NCBI GenBank assembly: GCA_977030845.1
Contig: OZ365118.1
Location: 1,798,001 to 1,862,000, forward strand
From: Fimbriosthenelais zetlandica
Taxonomy: Eukaryota
Direction of reading: 5' to 3'
Length of the DNA stretch: 64,000 bases
The number at the start of each line of letters is the position of its first letter. Positions within the stretch are counted from its first letter, which is position 1. Position numbers and translations under genes: made by a program. Under the pieces are notes generated by a model that saw only the letters and a program-made list of their open reading frames with translations, was not told the DNA's origin and did not search any database. This document shows positions 1-12,964 of this stretch, piece by piece.

Positions 1-1212
1 CACAGACTGGTATACCCACAGCCTGGTATGTGGAACCTTTAGGTTGCTCACTCTGGCTTGGTAGGCTTTTCTGGGTTGGTCACCCTGTTCCTCTAGCACT
101 TTTGGTATGTTTTTCTGGATTGGGGGCCCTCTGGACTGGTCACCCTGTTTCTGTGGATCACCCTATTTTCACCCTATTTCTGTATTGATTCTCCACTATG
201 TAATACCTGAATACCACCTGTCCCTGTATTGAATCACTTCACACATCCCGACTAAACCCCAGCCAATACACCCCGACCAGGACTGATCACATTGGTTCTA
301 GTCCTGCCCACTCACACCTAAACACAGGTAACGCATCCCGGCAGGTGAGACTACCTGCCAATGACTGTCTCCTAAATTATACCCTGTATTGATGTATGTG
401 TGGTCAGGTTCCACCCTCCATACCTCCATATAGGCCACTCATACTTACAGTCCGGTTATATGTCTGTACACACCCTGCTATACCTTAATACCATGTTTGT
501 CATTAAGCTCTGTATGTTTGAATAAACATGGCTTAAAGATCAAAACAAGGCCCAGGAATCAGCGGTTTGGATCCAATTATTGGATCAAATAATTCTTCGG
601 GATCATTGATTGTAATAATATGATGGTATAAGCTATGGAATGTTTATGTCGTGTTGCTTTTGGAAATTATTTATTGAAGTTATTTCTAGCAGATGTTTTA
701 CATTTGGATGTGAGCTGTGTAACACTTGCTGTATTGATTAACGCTGTGTTTGTCACCGACCTACCAATGTAACAATCCCACACAGCTGTGTTAGCTGTGT
801 TAGCTTTAAAATCAATCACAGCCTCACAAATGAATGTCCAACACTGTCTTTTTTCTCCAAAGATCCTACTTTTAGAGCACATTAGCTGTGGTGAAAACCT
901 ATAGAAAAAATCTATCTTTGGTTTACGACCAAAATATAAGTGCAATGTAGCTCTTATTTGACAACGCGGGCAGCCAGGCTGGCCATCCCGGTGCCAGGGA
1001 TTGCATGATGGAGGAGGGAGGATTTATAGCTGGGTTGGACAGGTTGTGGTCACAGTTGGTGTGCACTGAGGGGGGTCAGGGAGGTTAAACACGTAACATG
1101 TCATCAAAAACTCATACATCAACAAGGTCAGTGCTCGTGGGCGATTCATGGCCGAGTCATCCCTCCCTCTCACATAGCGCGGAGCTGTGATAAATGATAA
1201 CAGATATCATGA

Positions 1213-1285
1213 TTCTCACATACACCCATTATACCTCATATAGCATCATTCTCACATACACCCATTATACCTCATATAGCATCAT
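1213..1285. repeat. 36-bp tandem duplication
   Basis: ttctcacatacacccattatacctcatatagcatca x2. Confidence 0.85.
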
Positions 1286-3498
1286 CTACCTGGACTGTTG
1301 GTGGGGTCTCTCTGTGAGTGGGAGTACTCTATGGGTAACTCAGTGTTAAATATTTGTCATTTTAGATTGTAATGAGAGGATGGGTTGTAACTGTCCATCC
1401 TATAACTCATGATGGTCATTTTACAATGTGTTATTCTCTACTAGTGTCCAGCTAGCACCTGGACACAGCCATCCACTGTCCAGAGGTGCGAAGCATTGAC
1501 CACTGGCTACTGTCCAGATCTGGTCACAGCTCACCATCTGCCACACATACAGCACTAGTGGACATTGGGAGGAGTTAACGCCAGTAAAAGCTGTACTGGA
1601 CGACCAGAGTCGTGTCACAACTTGTAACATGCTAATCTCACTCAGGTGTGGGGGGGGGGGGGGGGGGGAGGGTGTATCTATGGTTTCAGCTCCTGTATCT
1701 ATGGTTACAGCTCCTGTATCTATGTGACCATAGCTACAGAAGAAAAGGTACAAATATGAGAGATTTCTTTATAATCTCTGACTTTCAGTTGTAGGTTTAT
1801 TAAAGCTAGCAAACCTCATCTTTAGTGAAACACTACAGGGGCTCGTTTCACTGTAATATGAAGCCTCTGATAACAAGATGTTTACTGATTCAAAACCAAG
1901 TGAAGAGATCTCTTATTGTGCTTCATCTTCTGTAGGTGTTATTCTGTCAGGACATTCCTTTATTAACTTCTCGGTGGATGATATTCCAGGAGAATCCACC
2001 GAGTCAAATACTGAAGGAAAAAGTTTCCCACGGCGGGGAGAGCGGCGCCATGTTGTTACAAAGAATCATAAATTCCCTAATATCCCAGTAAAAACAATAA
2101 TGCCATGGCTGCGGGTTTTACTCCAGGCTGTTTGTACACATAATTATTTTTCACATGAATTTTGTGAGAGTGTTGGCCGTACTAAAGGATTCTAGTCACG
2201 GCTGGCCGCGGGCAGTGAGGGCCATTGTAAGGGGATCTAGACGACTGTATGCATATACTAGTATATCTGCCAATAATACCCAAACACCGCCTACTTTAAC
2301 ACCTTTTATTTTCATGGATATTTCAGTAAAAACGATAGTCAATGATTGGAGTGAATGGATTGAGATTGTAGGAGGGGGTGTAGTGATCTGCCGTGTGTAT
2401 ATTACCACCTGGCTGGACCTGGTAGAGCAGTGGAGTGGTCAGTAAGTGGTCAATTGAAAGGACCTTGATCCAGTGGAAAGCACTCTAGTCCGGGCTATTG
2501 TCCGTCTAGTGCAGGTCGGCTTTTTTGGAGGGGATCCAACTGGGCCATGCAGTGGTCAGTAGTGGTCAAGCATTGATTATTTCCTACATTTCTCCATGGA
2601 GACCGATCAGCCGGGTCATATACACAAAGCTCGGGGTGGTCATTGGTAGTAAATAAGGCTGACCCTTCTAGGATACATCTCTAATGGTCACTCAATGATA
2701 GTCTACTCTAACTTTATACGACTTAACATTCATCATACAGGTGGAGGTCTTTATCAACATATATCACCCATACACCCACACAATCATGCCTCTATACCTG
2801 TCCATTTTCTCATTAAAGGTATGTTTAATATCAGTCACAGACCTGTATTTACCTGGACAGGTATATTTTGATTACCTGCCCATACATGGTTATTGTGGTC
2901 CGTGCACCCTGCCATAACAAAGCTTGGGCTTGTAGATATCTACCTTTTATTAGGCCTATATTAAGCCTCTATTGGGCCTATATGTGTAAGATATGAACAG
3001 AGAGTGTGGTTGATATGAAGGAGCATGTAGAGAACCATGTAATGTCCGAGCATATTGGTCAGCACATTGAGGCTATCATATGATGGTCAGCACATTGAGG
3101 CCCTCATATGATGGTCAGTTTTTATATAAAGCCCATTCACTGTGAACCTGATCTGCTCGTCCACCTCATTACTTAAAGGGCCTGGTACAAGTAGCTCTAC
3201 AGTGAGGGTTCATTACCCGGGAGGCCGCCAGTATTGAAGCCACTCACACTGGCTTCTCATCTCACATATTTCAATCATCTTTACCTACACAAACCATGCC
3301 GCCTGTAATTGTTCAGATCATCTTACACATTCAGGAGTAACTCGAGCCCCGGATTTGATGACCTTTTCTTGACCTTTAATCTGTGTACCACCATGTTACT
3401 GTGAGCATCGAGTTTGTACTCCTTGATATGAGCTATATATGTATATGTTATTGTTCAGGTGAACTTATTATTAACTCTTGTATCTTTGTATTTTCCAG

Positions 3499-3574
3499 GT
3501 GTGTTAATGGATAGTTTGAGTCTCCACCTTCACTGATGGACCTACATAACAAGGAATGATACCTATTCACTAAG
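3499..3574 (+). other. Candidate 76-nt non-coding exon (distal 5' UTR exon or lncRNA)
   Basis: The acceptor tctttgtattttccag|G and donor AAG|GTGAGT are both near consensus. All three frames contain stops. Confidence 0.45.
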
Positions 3575-4407
3575 GTGAGTTTTCACATTCTAACCACAAT
3601 ATCTCGTCTAGATTTTTTGCTGACTCGCAGCATTTTAAACTTGCCTTAGAATCAATTTCAATTGGTTTTGGATATCCAGGTTCATATTATGATGATGGGG
3701 GTAATGGATAAGCCGGACCCTGGATCTATTTTAAATCTGATGAGAAGAGAAGATCGTGAGACATATGAATTGACTGGGGATTTAGGTGGAGTGTGGGGGG
3801 TGGGGGTGGGGGGTGGGGGGGCATGAGGTGAAATAGGCGGGTGGTGGGAGGAGGCACTGATGGGGACAAATATAGTCCAGTCACGAGAAGAGAGGGAGGA
3901 GTGTTGTCTGAGGGAATTAGCCGTCATTGCGTGTCTATTAGATTTAATTTACTCACATTCAGCCCCGGCCATGGCTTGGTCAGGTCATCCCTGTGACAAT
4001 CCGTTATCTACTAGACGGCAAGTATGAAAAAACGCCAGCAGGGGGAGAGCTGGGTGGGTCCAGGGGGCAGGGGCAGCACTCTGAAAGGTGTAGAGGTCCT
4101 GTCCCATCAGGATATTTAATATTTGAATGAAAATTCAGCTCTGAAATGATAGTGATAGTAAGCTTTTGCCCGGTCATTGCTACAAGAAATATTGAGACAA
4201 AAAATCATCTACAAAAGGGGGCAGGGACTTGACCCCTGGTCCTCCTTGGACGCCCCTCCCCGTGAGGGGTGATGTTTATCAACTAATCCTGTACACAATG
4301 TTAGACCTGTTATAATGTAATAATGATCCATGCATCATTCATGACTGACGTGTGTCGATGTGATCAAGCTGTGTAGCCACAATGAGACAGGGGGAGGAGG
4401 AGGAGGA

Positions 4408-4548
4408 GGGGCGGGGATTAAATTATTACCCCCTCACCTCTAATCTGGGATTAGGCTGTTTATATAAATCCATCATCTCCCGTCCTCGCCCCATCTGTTG
4501 TCTGTCACGTCGTGACGTCACCTACGTTTGACGTGCCGCTGTCACGTG
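4408..4548. promoter_or_regulatory. GC-box plus CRE/E-box cluster
   Basis: GGGGCGGGG at 4408, TGACGTCA at 4513-4520, and further TGACGT/CACGTG sites within 45 bp. Confidence 0.35.
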
Positions 4549-5243
4549 TCATAAACGACTTGTATGAGAAATGAAACTAATTATAGCGACGACTTATGTC
4601 AGAGAACCAGCCCCGAGCTGAGGGCTGTGAGTGGCTTCATTATACTCCATGCTACATGCTATATACATGCTCTATGGTCTACACCATCTATACAGACTCC
4701 TGTCATATTCTATACTGATTTATAATGGTCACAGGTAGACTAATTTACCAGGTAACTCATGCCAATCTAATGTCTTTAAATAGTCTAGGACCTGAATAGA
4801 AGTTCATCTTGGGATTCCTTGAAAATGTATCCTTTCACTCCATCTTACCAATCTTTATGATCCCTCTACATTTTAATGTGTATATCTATCAGGAACAGCC
4901 ATAAACTTGTAGATAATTGTATTACCTTTGGTTCCTCTGGTTCAATAACTGAATTAAGGCAATTCTCAAATACAAGCCGCCATGTTTTGGTTGGCCATTG
5001 TCTATGATTGTTACCACTTGGCTGCCTGTGCCCTCATAGCAACCACTGTGATTATTGGTAATATTGAATGACGTAACGCTGATTGGACGTGGCTCATTAT
5101 GTCATCTTATTGAGGTTCAATAAGGAGATCTGTTCACAGGGTACAAGAATGTATCAATAAATGAGCAGTACAAGGCAAGGGGGAAATTATTATTGCTTAT
5201 AAATTAAAGCATCGATTGTACTGGCGATTAGTGCCAATACCTG

Positions 5244-5335
5244 CAGTACCAGGCCCTATAGTCAGTACCAGGCCCTATAGTTAATTATTGTACTAGGCCC
5301 TATAGTCAGTTACTGTACTAGGGCCTATAGTCAAT
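5244..5335. repeat. Degenerate ~20-bp tandem repeat
   Basis: gtac(c/t)aggccctatagtca x4. Confidence 0.75.
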
Positions 5336-6304
5336 ACTATTCTGTTCACAAATTTAGAAGATATAAGTGACAAGTAGCCTAAAAGCTGGTGACAGATGTC
5401 TTCAGTGCCAGCAGCATTGATTCGGTGAGAGTCATTTTCCATGGTGTCTTCATGGTATTTTAGTCGTACAGACTCATCCCTGTTATAATTAGAGTTTGTA
5501 TAAACATCATTTCTCAGGTCAGGAACTGATTTAGAATAATTAATTAACAGGATTTCCTGGAGACAGGTCCAGGCTGAGGTAATGCACGAGTTGTAGCGGC
5601 GACAAGACGTCAACTGGAGGCAGGTCCTAATGGATTTACTGGATCCTCATTAAGCTTTTTCTTGACATTGTCTGTGACAGTCACAGTCCGTGCTGGTTCT
5701 TTATATTGTGTGTACCCTCAGTGAGAGTCTAATACAGGCCTGTAATATACAGGGCTGGATTATTCACAATCTAAACCACTGTACGTGACTTCTGCTGAAA
5801 AAATGCTGAAAAAATGGCATAAAACACAAAGAATAGAATGAATGGTGTTGAATTGAAGGCAGAAATGCCAGAAATAGCTAAAATAGCATGTATTTATTCA
5901 TGAAAGCTGAGGTTTGCCCCACACAAAGGTGTTCAGCCGGTGAGCCGGGGTTACAGTCAGAGTAAGGCAGTGTTTGCATGGTCACTCGGCATCGTTAACC
6001 CCCAACCTCGTATTGACATTAATGGTGAATAATGTCTTCATATGTTTCCTACTTTCCTCATGTGAAAATAAACACGTGACCACCAGCCTCTTTCCTATTG
6101 GTCAGCTGCCTATTTTTACAGCTAAGTATTGCCTGAGGCACGCCCACAGGAGCGCCAATTATCTACCTCCCCTAGCGGCCATACCCAGAACTAAGACATA
6201 TAGTAGCGCGCCTTTCATGTATAGAACTGCGTCTCATGCCCGCCTATTGTCTGATTGAAATGTCTTTCTTTTGAGGAATAAAATGGTGCATTGTTTGAGA
6301 ATTC

Positions 6305-6317
6305 CCAGCAGGGGGCG
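6305..6317 (+). promoter_or_regulatory. CTCF-consensus motif CCAGCAGGGGGCG in a CCAAT-box-rich block
   Basis: Exact match to CCASYAGRKGGCR. CCAAT/ATTGG boxes lie at 6097, 6155 and 6324. Confidence 0.45.
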
Positions 6318-9300
6318 AAGTGACCAATCAGAGGAAAGTTACAAGAAAGGAAGTGCCACCCTCCAGCATTGTGCACCTATAGTCGGGGCTAACACGTCCA
6401 CCGCTGTAAGCCAGCTCGCCCTGGGCGAGTTGTTCTCCCAGTTTACCATGAAATCACACGCTTATATGGTCAGCTGGACAGCTTCTCATTCTACTGACCC
6501 TCTATAAGAGGTCCCTGCTTGTATACAGAGGTCCCTGCCTCTATAAAAAGTCCCTGCTTCTTTAGGGATTGAGATTAAATTATGTGGACATGACTACAAT
6601 CAGAGAGTTGGCGCGTCTTGTAGAGAACAAGACACACAGTAACAGCCTTTACCCAACTCTAACCCCTCATCTCTAGATTAAACATTTACCCGCCTCCTCC
6701 TCCTCCAGTCTTGGCTCAGTTGGATTTACTCAGTTGAAATGTTGGTTTTTCTCGGGCCTAATGGCCTGAAGAAAATCCAAAATAAGACGGTCTCGGCTCT
6801 TGGCTTTTTTCTCCGTTTCTGGAGGGTGAACATAAAGACGACTTGAGGATTGTGGACGTGGGTTATTCATTATTCACCTGTTAAGCTTTTATCCTCGTTT
6901 AGATATGAAACACCCTTCTCTCCCTCTGCGCGGATTACCAGCTCACGTCTTTAACTTCAGGACAGCCTCCACTTTTATTCGCCTCAAACATTCATCAGAC
7001 ATCCGAGTTACTTCTAAAATAGAAGCTTTTATAAACATTGTCTTTAACTGATCAAAGATACTGGAGGATAAATAATCCAAACAGGGATGAGCTCTCCTCA
7101 CGTAAATTCTACTTGTTTCACTTTATGTGGAGGCACTTTCTTGTTCAGGGAAGGTTTGGGAGAGAGACCATCCACAATATTTGATCTCTTTAATGAGATT
7201 GATTCAGTTAATGGTAATGTATTTAACTCATCTCATTCTGGATGAATATTGATGTTATTTTGATGGTGAGTGTTTTAATGAGGTGTATAGATTATAAGTT
7301 GTACAGTATAGTAGCAGGACTGCGCCTTTATTCGTGTTGTGATGTACCACGTCAGTTCACTGTATAATGGTGAGAGTTCTGCTTTAAGCTCTCACCCAGT
7401 GTTGGTGCCGTGTTGTCAGCAGGACAATCCCTGTACACGGCTCGTATAGTCTGAGGTCAGCTTAATCTGGACTAATACGGTACCTTCTATACCAGCTAGA
7501 GGGGCTCTACATATAGTGATGTATAAAACAGCCAGGAGCTGGGACCGCTTGTTTTTATCTTCTCAGGGTTAGCAGGGGTATGTAGAGAGGGCACGTGCCT
7601 GCTCGGCACGTCAATGGAGCAGAGTCCATATTAAATGCCTGAAGGCACTGTTCACAATACATGGCCATCGTTGATGCCTCCTGTATGGTGTGTGTCGGAG
7701 TGACAGGCCTGACTCAGTAAGAGGCCAGGCCAACTGTTGCATGACTTCATTAACGGCTAATATTAGGCCAATATATGCGGGCAAGAAGCTCACCAATGAG
7801 TTAGTATGGCATGCACGCCCTCGATCATATGCTTTTAATCAATACACTTCAGAACAGGTGGCAAAGGGGGACGTACACAATGAATACACAACCATTCCTA
7901 CTGATATAAAATATGCTCTGTGGACGGGATTTGGACAGGAGCCCATTCCTTATGGAGAAAAGATGCCTTCCCTGCTTCAAATGCAATTCATCATAGTGGA
8001 TTACAATACAATCTGACTCCAGGTTAGATTTGTTGTTACAAATTAGATGAGAATTATGGCTGAATGGTTTACCAGTTTAATACAGGAGATGAGTTTAGGT
8101 TAACTGTAATAGAATGATTGTAGGAGAGTTAATACTGGGCCCTTTAAGATCTTCTGGGATGTTCACAGTCTGGGAGTAGAAGCAGCTGCATCAGTCTGTC
8201 CACACTCTCCCCCTCCCACCCTCTTCTCTCCAACATTTTAAAATGCATCAATAGCAGAATGCAAGGGAATCTTAGTCCCTTCTTTAAAATAAAGTGTTTG
8301 TTCAATTTGAGGCCATGGGAGGGCAGTGAGGACTGTATGTGTCTTTCTCCTTGGCAGGATAAAGCAGGATAAAGCAGGATAAAGCCTTCAAGTAAGAAGT
8401 TCCCCAGCAAAGTGATGAGTCTATGTGAGCCTCAATTCCCAGTATATGTGAGCCTCAATTCACAGAGACAAAGCTTGTCATTTAGCAAGCCAATACTCCC
8501 CTCATCCCAACTCAAGCAAATAAGCTGTTTTGAAACAGTACAGAGAATCTCTCTACAGCCTTTTTCTCTCGTGCTTTCTCAAGTTGCATTTGTTGCTCGC
8601 AGCAAGTAAATTACCTTCTTAATGGACTGCTTTGAGTGGAGAGTGAATAAAGGGGAGTTTTTGTTAGGAGATATCCACGAGTTGGCCTGTGATGGTATGA
8701 GATGACCCTTTAGTCTCCATGCTTTATAGATGTACACAGGATACACACATTGTACTATTAGGCTTCATGTTTTACCTCGTGTACTTGTGAACATCTAGAC
8801 TCTGTGTTCTAGAATCTCCTGTCTCTTCTTGTCCTCCTGTGCATGGTTGGAGAATGATCTCTACATTCTGTTCACCTCACTTCTAAACAAACTAATGTCT
8901 TTGAAAAGACAGAGTCTCGGACTATAGGAAGATAGGTCTAGATTTCAAACATTAAGACAACGTTCTTAACATCGAGCTGCCGTCTAATGTATTGAACAGG
9001 TAGAAGAGAATCGTTAAAAAACGTCCTAATGAAAAGAGAGACAGAGAGATGCAGGCATCATTCAGTTTACAAATGTAGCGTTTGTTTTTACCCTGTGAAA
9101 AGGGAAAGATGTTCAACGGCCGCATATGTTCAATACACCATCATGCCATGAAAATTAAAACGTATCGACAAAAGGTAAGATTGATTGATCTCAATCTACT
9201 CGTGTACGCAGACAAAGACAATTTAAATTGATGAATATATGCATAGCATCTGGCCATTGGGGTGCTCGGGGAGGGGAAAAACTTCTCAGATCGATCAAGA

Positions 9301-11419
9301 AGCGCAAGAAGATGGGAAAGACACTGCTTCTCCATTCACCATAATGCAATCATACTTTAACTGAGTAAATCAAATTACATTCCTCTACAGTTTCTAAATG
9401 ACCTACAAGTCTTAAATCGCTGTTCTACATCTATTTTTGATGAAGACAAATATGTCGATTTGCAAAGTCATCTTCTCAGACTTTGTAGAAGATATTTCTA
9501 TAATTGCAGTCTTGTAATCATTGAAAACAATAGAATATCAATTAGAGGAATGTAATACGGGCGATCCACCATCCTGCTGCGGCCTGCTCCACGGTGCGCG
9601 GCTAAATATAGCCACCATCCTGCCACGTATGATGTATGGGCCAATTCCTGTCACTTTGGACTTGCCTCTTGGAATTCGATCCTGGGCTGCAGGCGGTGCC
9701 CTGCTTGTTTACAGTCACAATGTTCCACACTGTCCCATGTTGATGTATTCTGCTTTCATTACATCAAAAGTGCAGCCATGGTCTCCTCAATTGACACATA
9801 ACTTTAGTCTTCATATTTTGACTGATTATCTCTCAAAACGCCAGCATCAAGCACGCATGCGTGCATGGCGTGTGTGAGTCATGGCTTCCTTTGCCACACT
9901 TGAAATGAAAGGACATTCTCCAGGAATGCTTTTATGGCGTATTGGGTGTGGTGGCATACAAAATGCAACAGTAGGAGAGAGAGAAGGAGGTCAGACGGGG
10001 GTTGAGGGGTGAGGCGGCGATCGACAGAATCAAGCTTTACTGTTAAAGGTTTAGCAAAGTAGGGGATGTAGGCAGGCGCAGCAGAACAGAGCTTAGACGC
10101 CATTAATCAAAGTAGGTCCTAATCCGCCATCTTGGCAAATTGGATTCACGAAAAAAACTATCCAGGTTTCAAGAGCAACAAATTCTCAAAAGTAGAAACC
10201 CTTGATTTTGACAATTGCCTTTAAGATGGAATTACATTCTGTGACCTCCTTCTTCAGTGGCATTCGTAGATGGGATATAGGTTACTTCTGAACAGGAAAA
10301 ACTATACTTTAAGTTATTGTGGGATGAATTGTTGATATTTATTATTATGTTGACAGGTAAAGTTGTAAAGCTACACTACAGTTTTTTCCACCCATCCTTC
10401 CCCTCACCTATATATCTACCATCTTCACCCATCCTTCCCCTCACCTATATATCCACCATCTTACCCCATCCTTTACCATACATCATATACCTATATAGAT
10501 GTACATCATAATGTCGTCCAACACTCGGCGATGTTCACTTACAGAGTTCACTACGAGCCCTGTAATTAGTCACTGTACGACCCACCACTTCCCCTCTACC
10601 TCCCTCATTGCTATGTTAAGCCTGGGAGGTAGAGAGAGCTCCCATTGTTGATTATTGTACGTAACAAGCAGCGATTTGTAACACACCAGTACACCTGGCT
10701 GTATATTACCTACAATTTATCACCCTGCCCCGCTCACCCAGTCACATCCATTGAAACTTGTGAGGAGATGTAGAGATATGAATTGTGGAGGGATTTATGT
10801 AACTTTTCCTATCTTTGTGCGGCATGTCTCATGATAAACATCGCCCACGTTTCCTCCTACCTTGGTCTCCTGACAGCTTGACGGGGTAACTGCTCATTTA
10901 ACTAACGATTTTAAGAGCGGCCCAATAAAGCCAGGCTGGTTACATTGTCACATTGATTTTACATCTCCTAAAGGTACATCATCATCAGATGGGTCAATGG
11001 ATCAAGTCACGAATCATGACAATAAAGGCTCACCACTAACCATAGACCTCTAACCATCTATAAACCACTCACCATCTATAGTGAACATTACTTATGATTC
11101 ATTCTAACAATGCATCCTGTTCACATCAAGGTTACCAAACCCAAGACGGATTTCCCTTTATTTTCTGTGGTTAAAAGTGGCATTGTTTATAGACCCCTGC
11201 TCGAGTACAAACATAGGCTTATAGAGCTCAATAACAAACAACGACCATTCCTGTGTCACAATCATGACCACCAAAAACATTGACATGTCACTCAACCCCC
11301 CTGATGACATATTAGGCCTAGATATGTCTACATTTATAAAGCTCTACCTACCTTCTACCATTCTCCTGACCATCTTAATGGGTGTCATCGAAACTTGTCT
11401 TGTCTGATGCTTTCTTGTT

Positions 11420-11700
11420 GTTGCAACTTCTCTCAAGAAGTTGCAACTCCTTGCGAGCAGTTACATCATGTTGCGAGCAGTTCGCACGTCTCCAAGGGAG
11501 TCAGGAATTCTTGTGAAAAATTTCGTGTTCTTGCGTACGGTTGTGACTTGCGATCCATTACATCTTCTGAGCAGTTAGTACTTCTTGCAGACAGTTGGGA
11601 TTTCTTGAGGGCAGTTGCAACTTCTTGCGATAAGTTGCAACTTCCTCTATACAGTTGCGAGCAGTTGAGACTTCTTGCCAGCAGGCGGGACTTCTCGCGC
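11420..11700. mobile_element. Degenerate internally repeated palindromic element, probable MITE remnant
   Basis: Recurrent AGTTGCAACT and TTGCGAGCAGTT units occur, with perfect hairpins at 11420-11447 and 11613-11642. I could not identify termini. Confidence 0.35.
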
Positions 11701-12832
11701 GCATTTACGACTTTCGCTGTACGCACTTATCATATGATAAGAGCACAGAAACATTCGGAATGTCCACGGAATGCTCATTGATACATTTAATACATCAATT
11801 ACATGTTTATTGCCAATAAGAGCAGGGAATGCTCATAATGGGTGAAACGTAACCCTGATAGGCCTAATACAGCCGTCCCTCTCATGATATATAGACATAC
11901 CCCCAAGCCGTACACGCAGGTGAGATCTCTATGTAATAGTCAGAGTAGACTAATTGAAATTCTCAACTCCCCCGTGAATGAGTACAGATTACCTACCTGA
12001 GACTTGATCCCCCATGTATGAGTACACAGCACCTCCCTCAGACCTGAACATCCCTCATGAACCCTTCACAGATCAAAGGACTACATCACCAAGACGCCCG
12101 GGCTCTCCCAGTCATGTACAAGTAGAAGAAAACACCTTTATTACAAAGTGATCCGACAAAGTGTTAGATTACAATTCTTTTGAATCTGTATTGGGACAAA
12201 GACAACATGGTATTAGGAACATGGAGTCGCAGGTAATGAGTCGCCTTCCATTATGAGAGGACTATATCCTTTGTGTTGTTTGACAAAAGTCTAACACTGT
12301 TGAGAGTAGATGTTTTAAGGATGTGAACCCATTATGTGGAGTGTAAAGCTGTTATTAGTACTCTAAGACCCGGGTTCTTATGTAAACCCATTTACCCTCC
12401 ACAATACCACCTCTCTCTCCACCCCTCCTCCACCCAGCATGTCGACATTACCCCCCATCGATTGTTTAACTAGAAGGGGCTTGTCTCTAAAGTATTTAAG
12501 GTTCCTTTAATGGTGTGCTCAGCTAATAGGGACGTGCTGTGAATACAGGGAGGTGAAGGGGTTGGTCTACAGCTGTGTAGTGGTGAGGCCTGGCTAGTGT
12601 ATCTCATAGTATAGCTGTTTTAATATGAATCTCTATACATGTTGTAGCAGGAAGCATTGAGGAGGCAGGGATCAATATCTAATCTTGTAAGGGTTGCTCG
12701 CCATGTCACTGTTTTTACTGAGACTATACCTCTCCCCCCCCCCCTACTACTATATCCTACAGCCCCCCCCCCCCCCCACTACTATACCCTACACCCCAAC
12801 AACTCTCCTCTGGTTCTGGAAAAAAAAACATT

Positions 12833-12964
12833 CCTCCCTTCAGTGAGTGGGAGGGTGCCTCCCTTCAGTGAGTGGGAGGGCGGTGCCTCCCTTCAGTGAG
12901 TGGGAGGGCGGTGCCTCCCTTCAGTGAGTGGGAGGGCGGTGCCTCCCTTCAGTGAGTGGGAGGG
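12833..12964. repeat. 28-bp minisatellite with internal palindrome, 5 copies
   Basis: cctcccttcagtgagtgggagggcggtg units start at 12833, 12858, 12886, 12914 and 12942. Confidence 0.95.

Noticed and set aside
1-540. Possible LTR or retroelement 3' end (AATAAA near 521)
   Set aside because: It is truncated by the window edge, with no second copy, PBS/PPT or coding remnant to support it.
12833-12964. CRISPR-like array of palindromic 28-bp repeats
   Set aside because: Units are head-to-tail with no unique spacers, there are no cas genes, and the context is eukaryotic.
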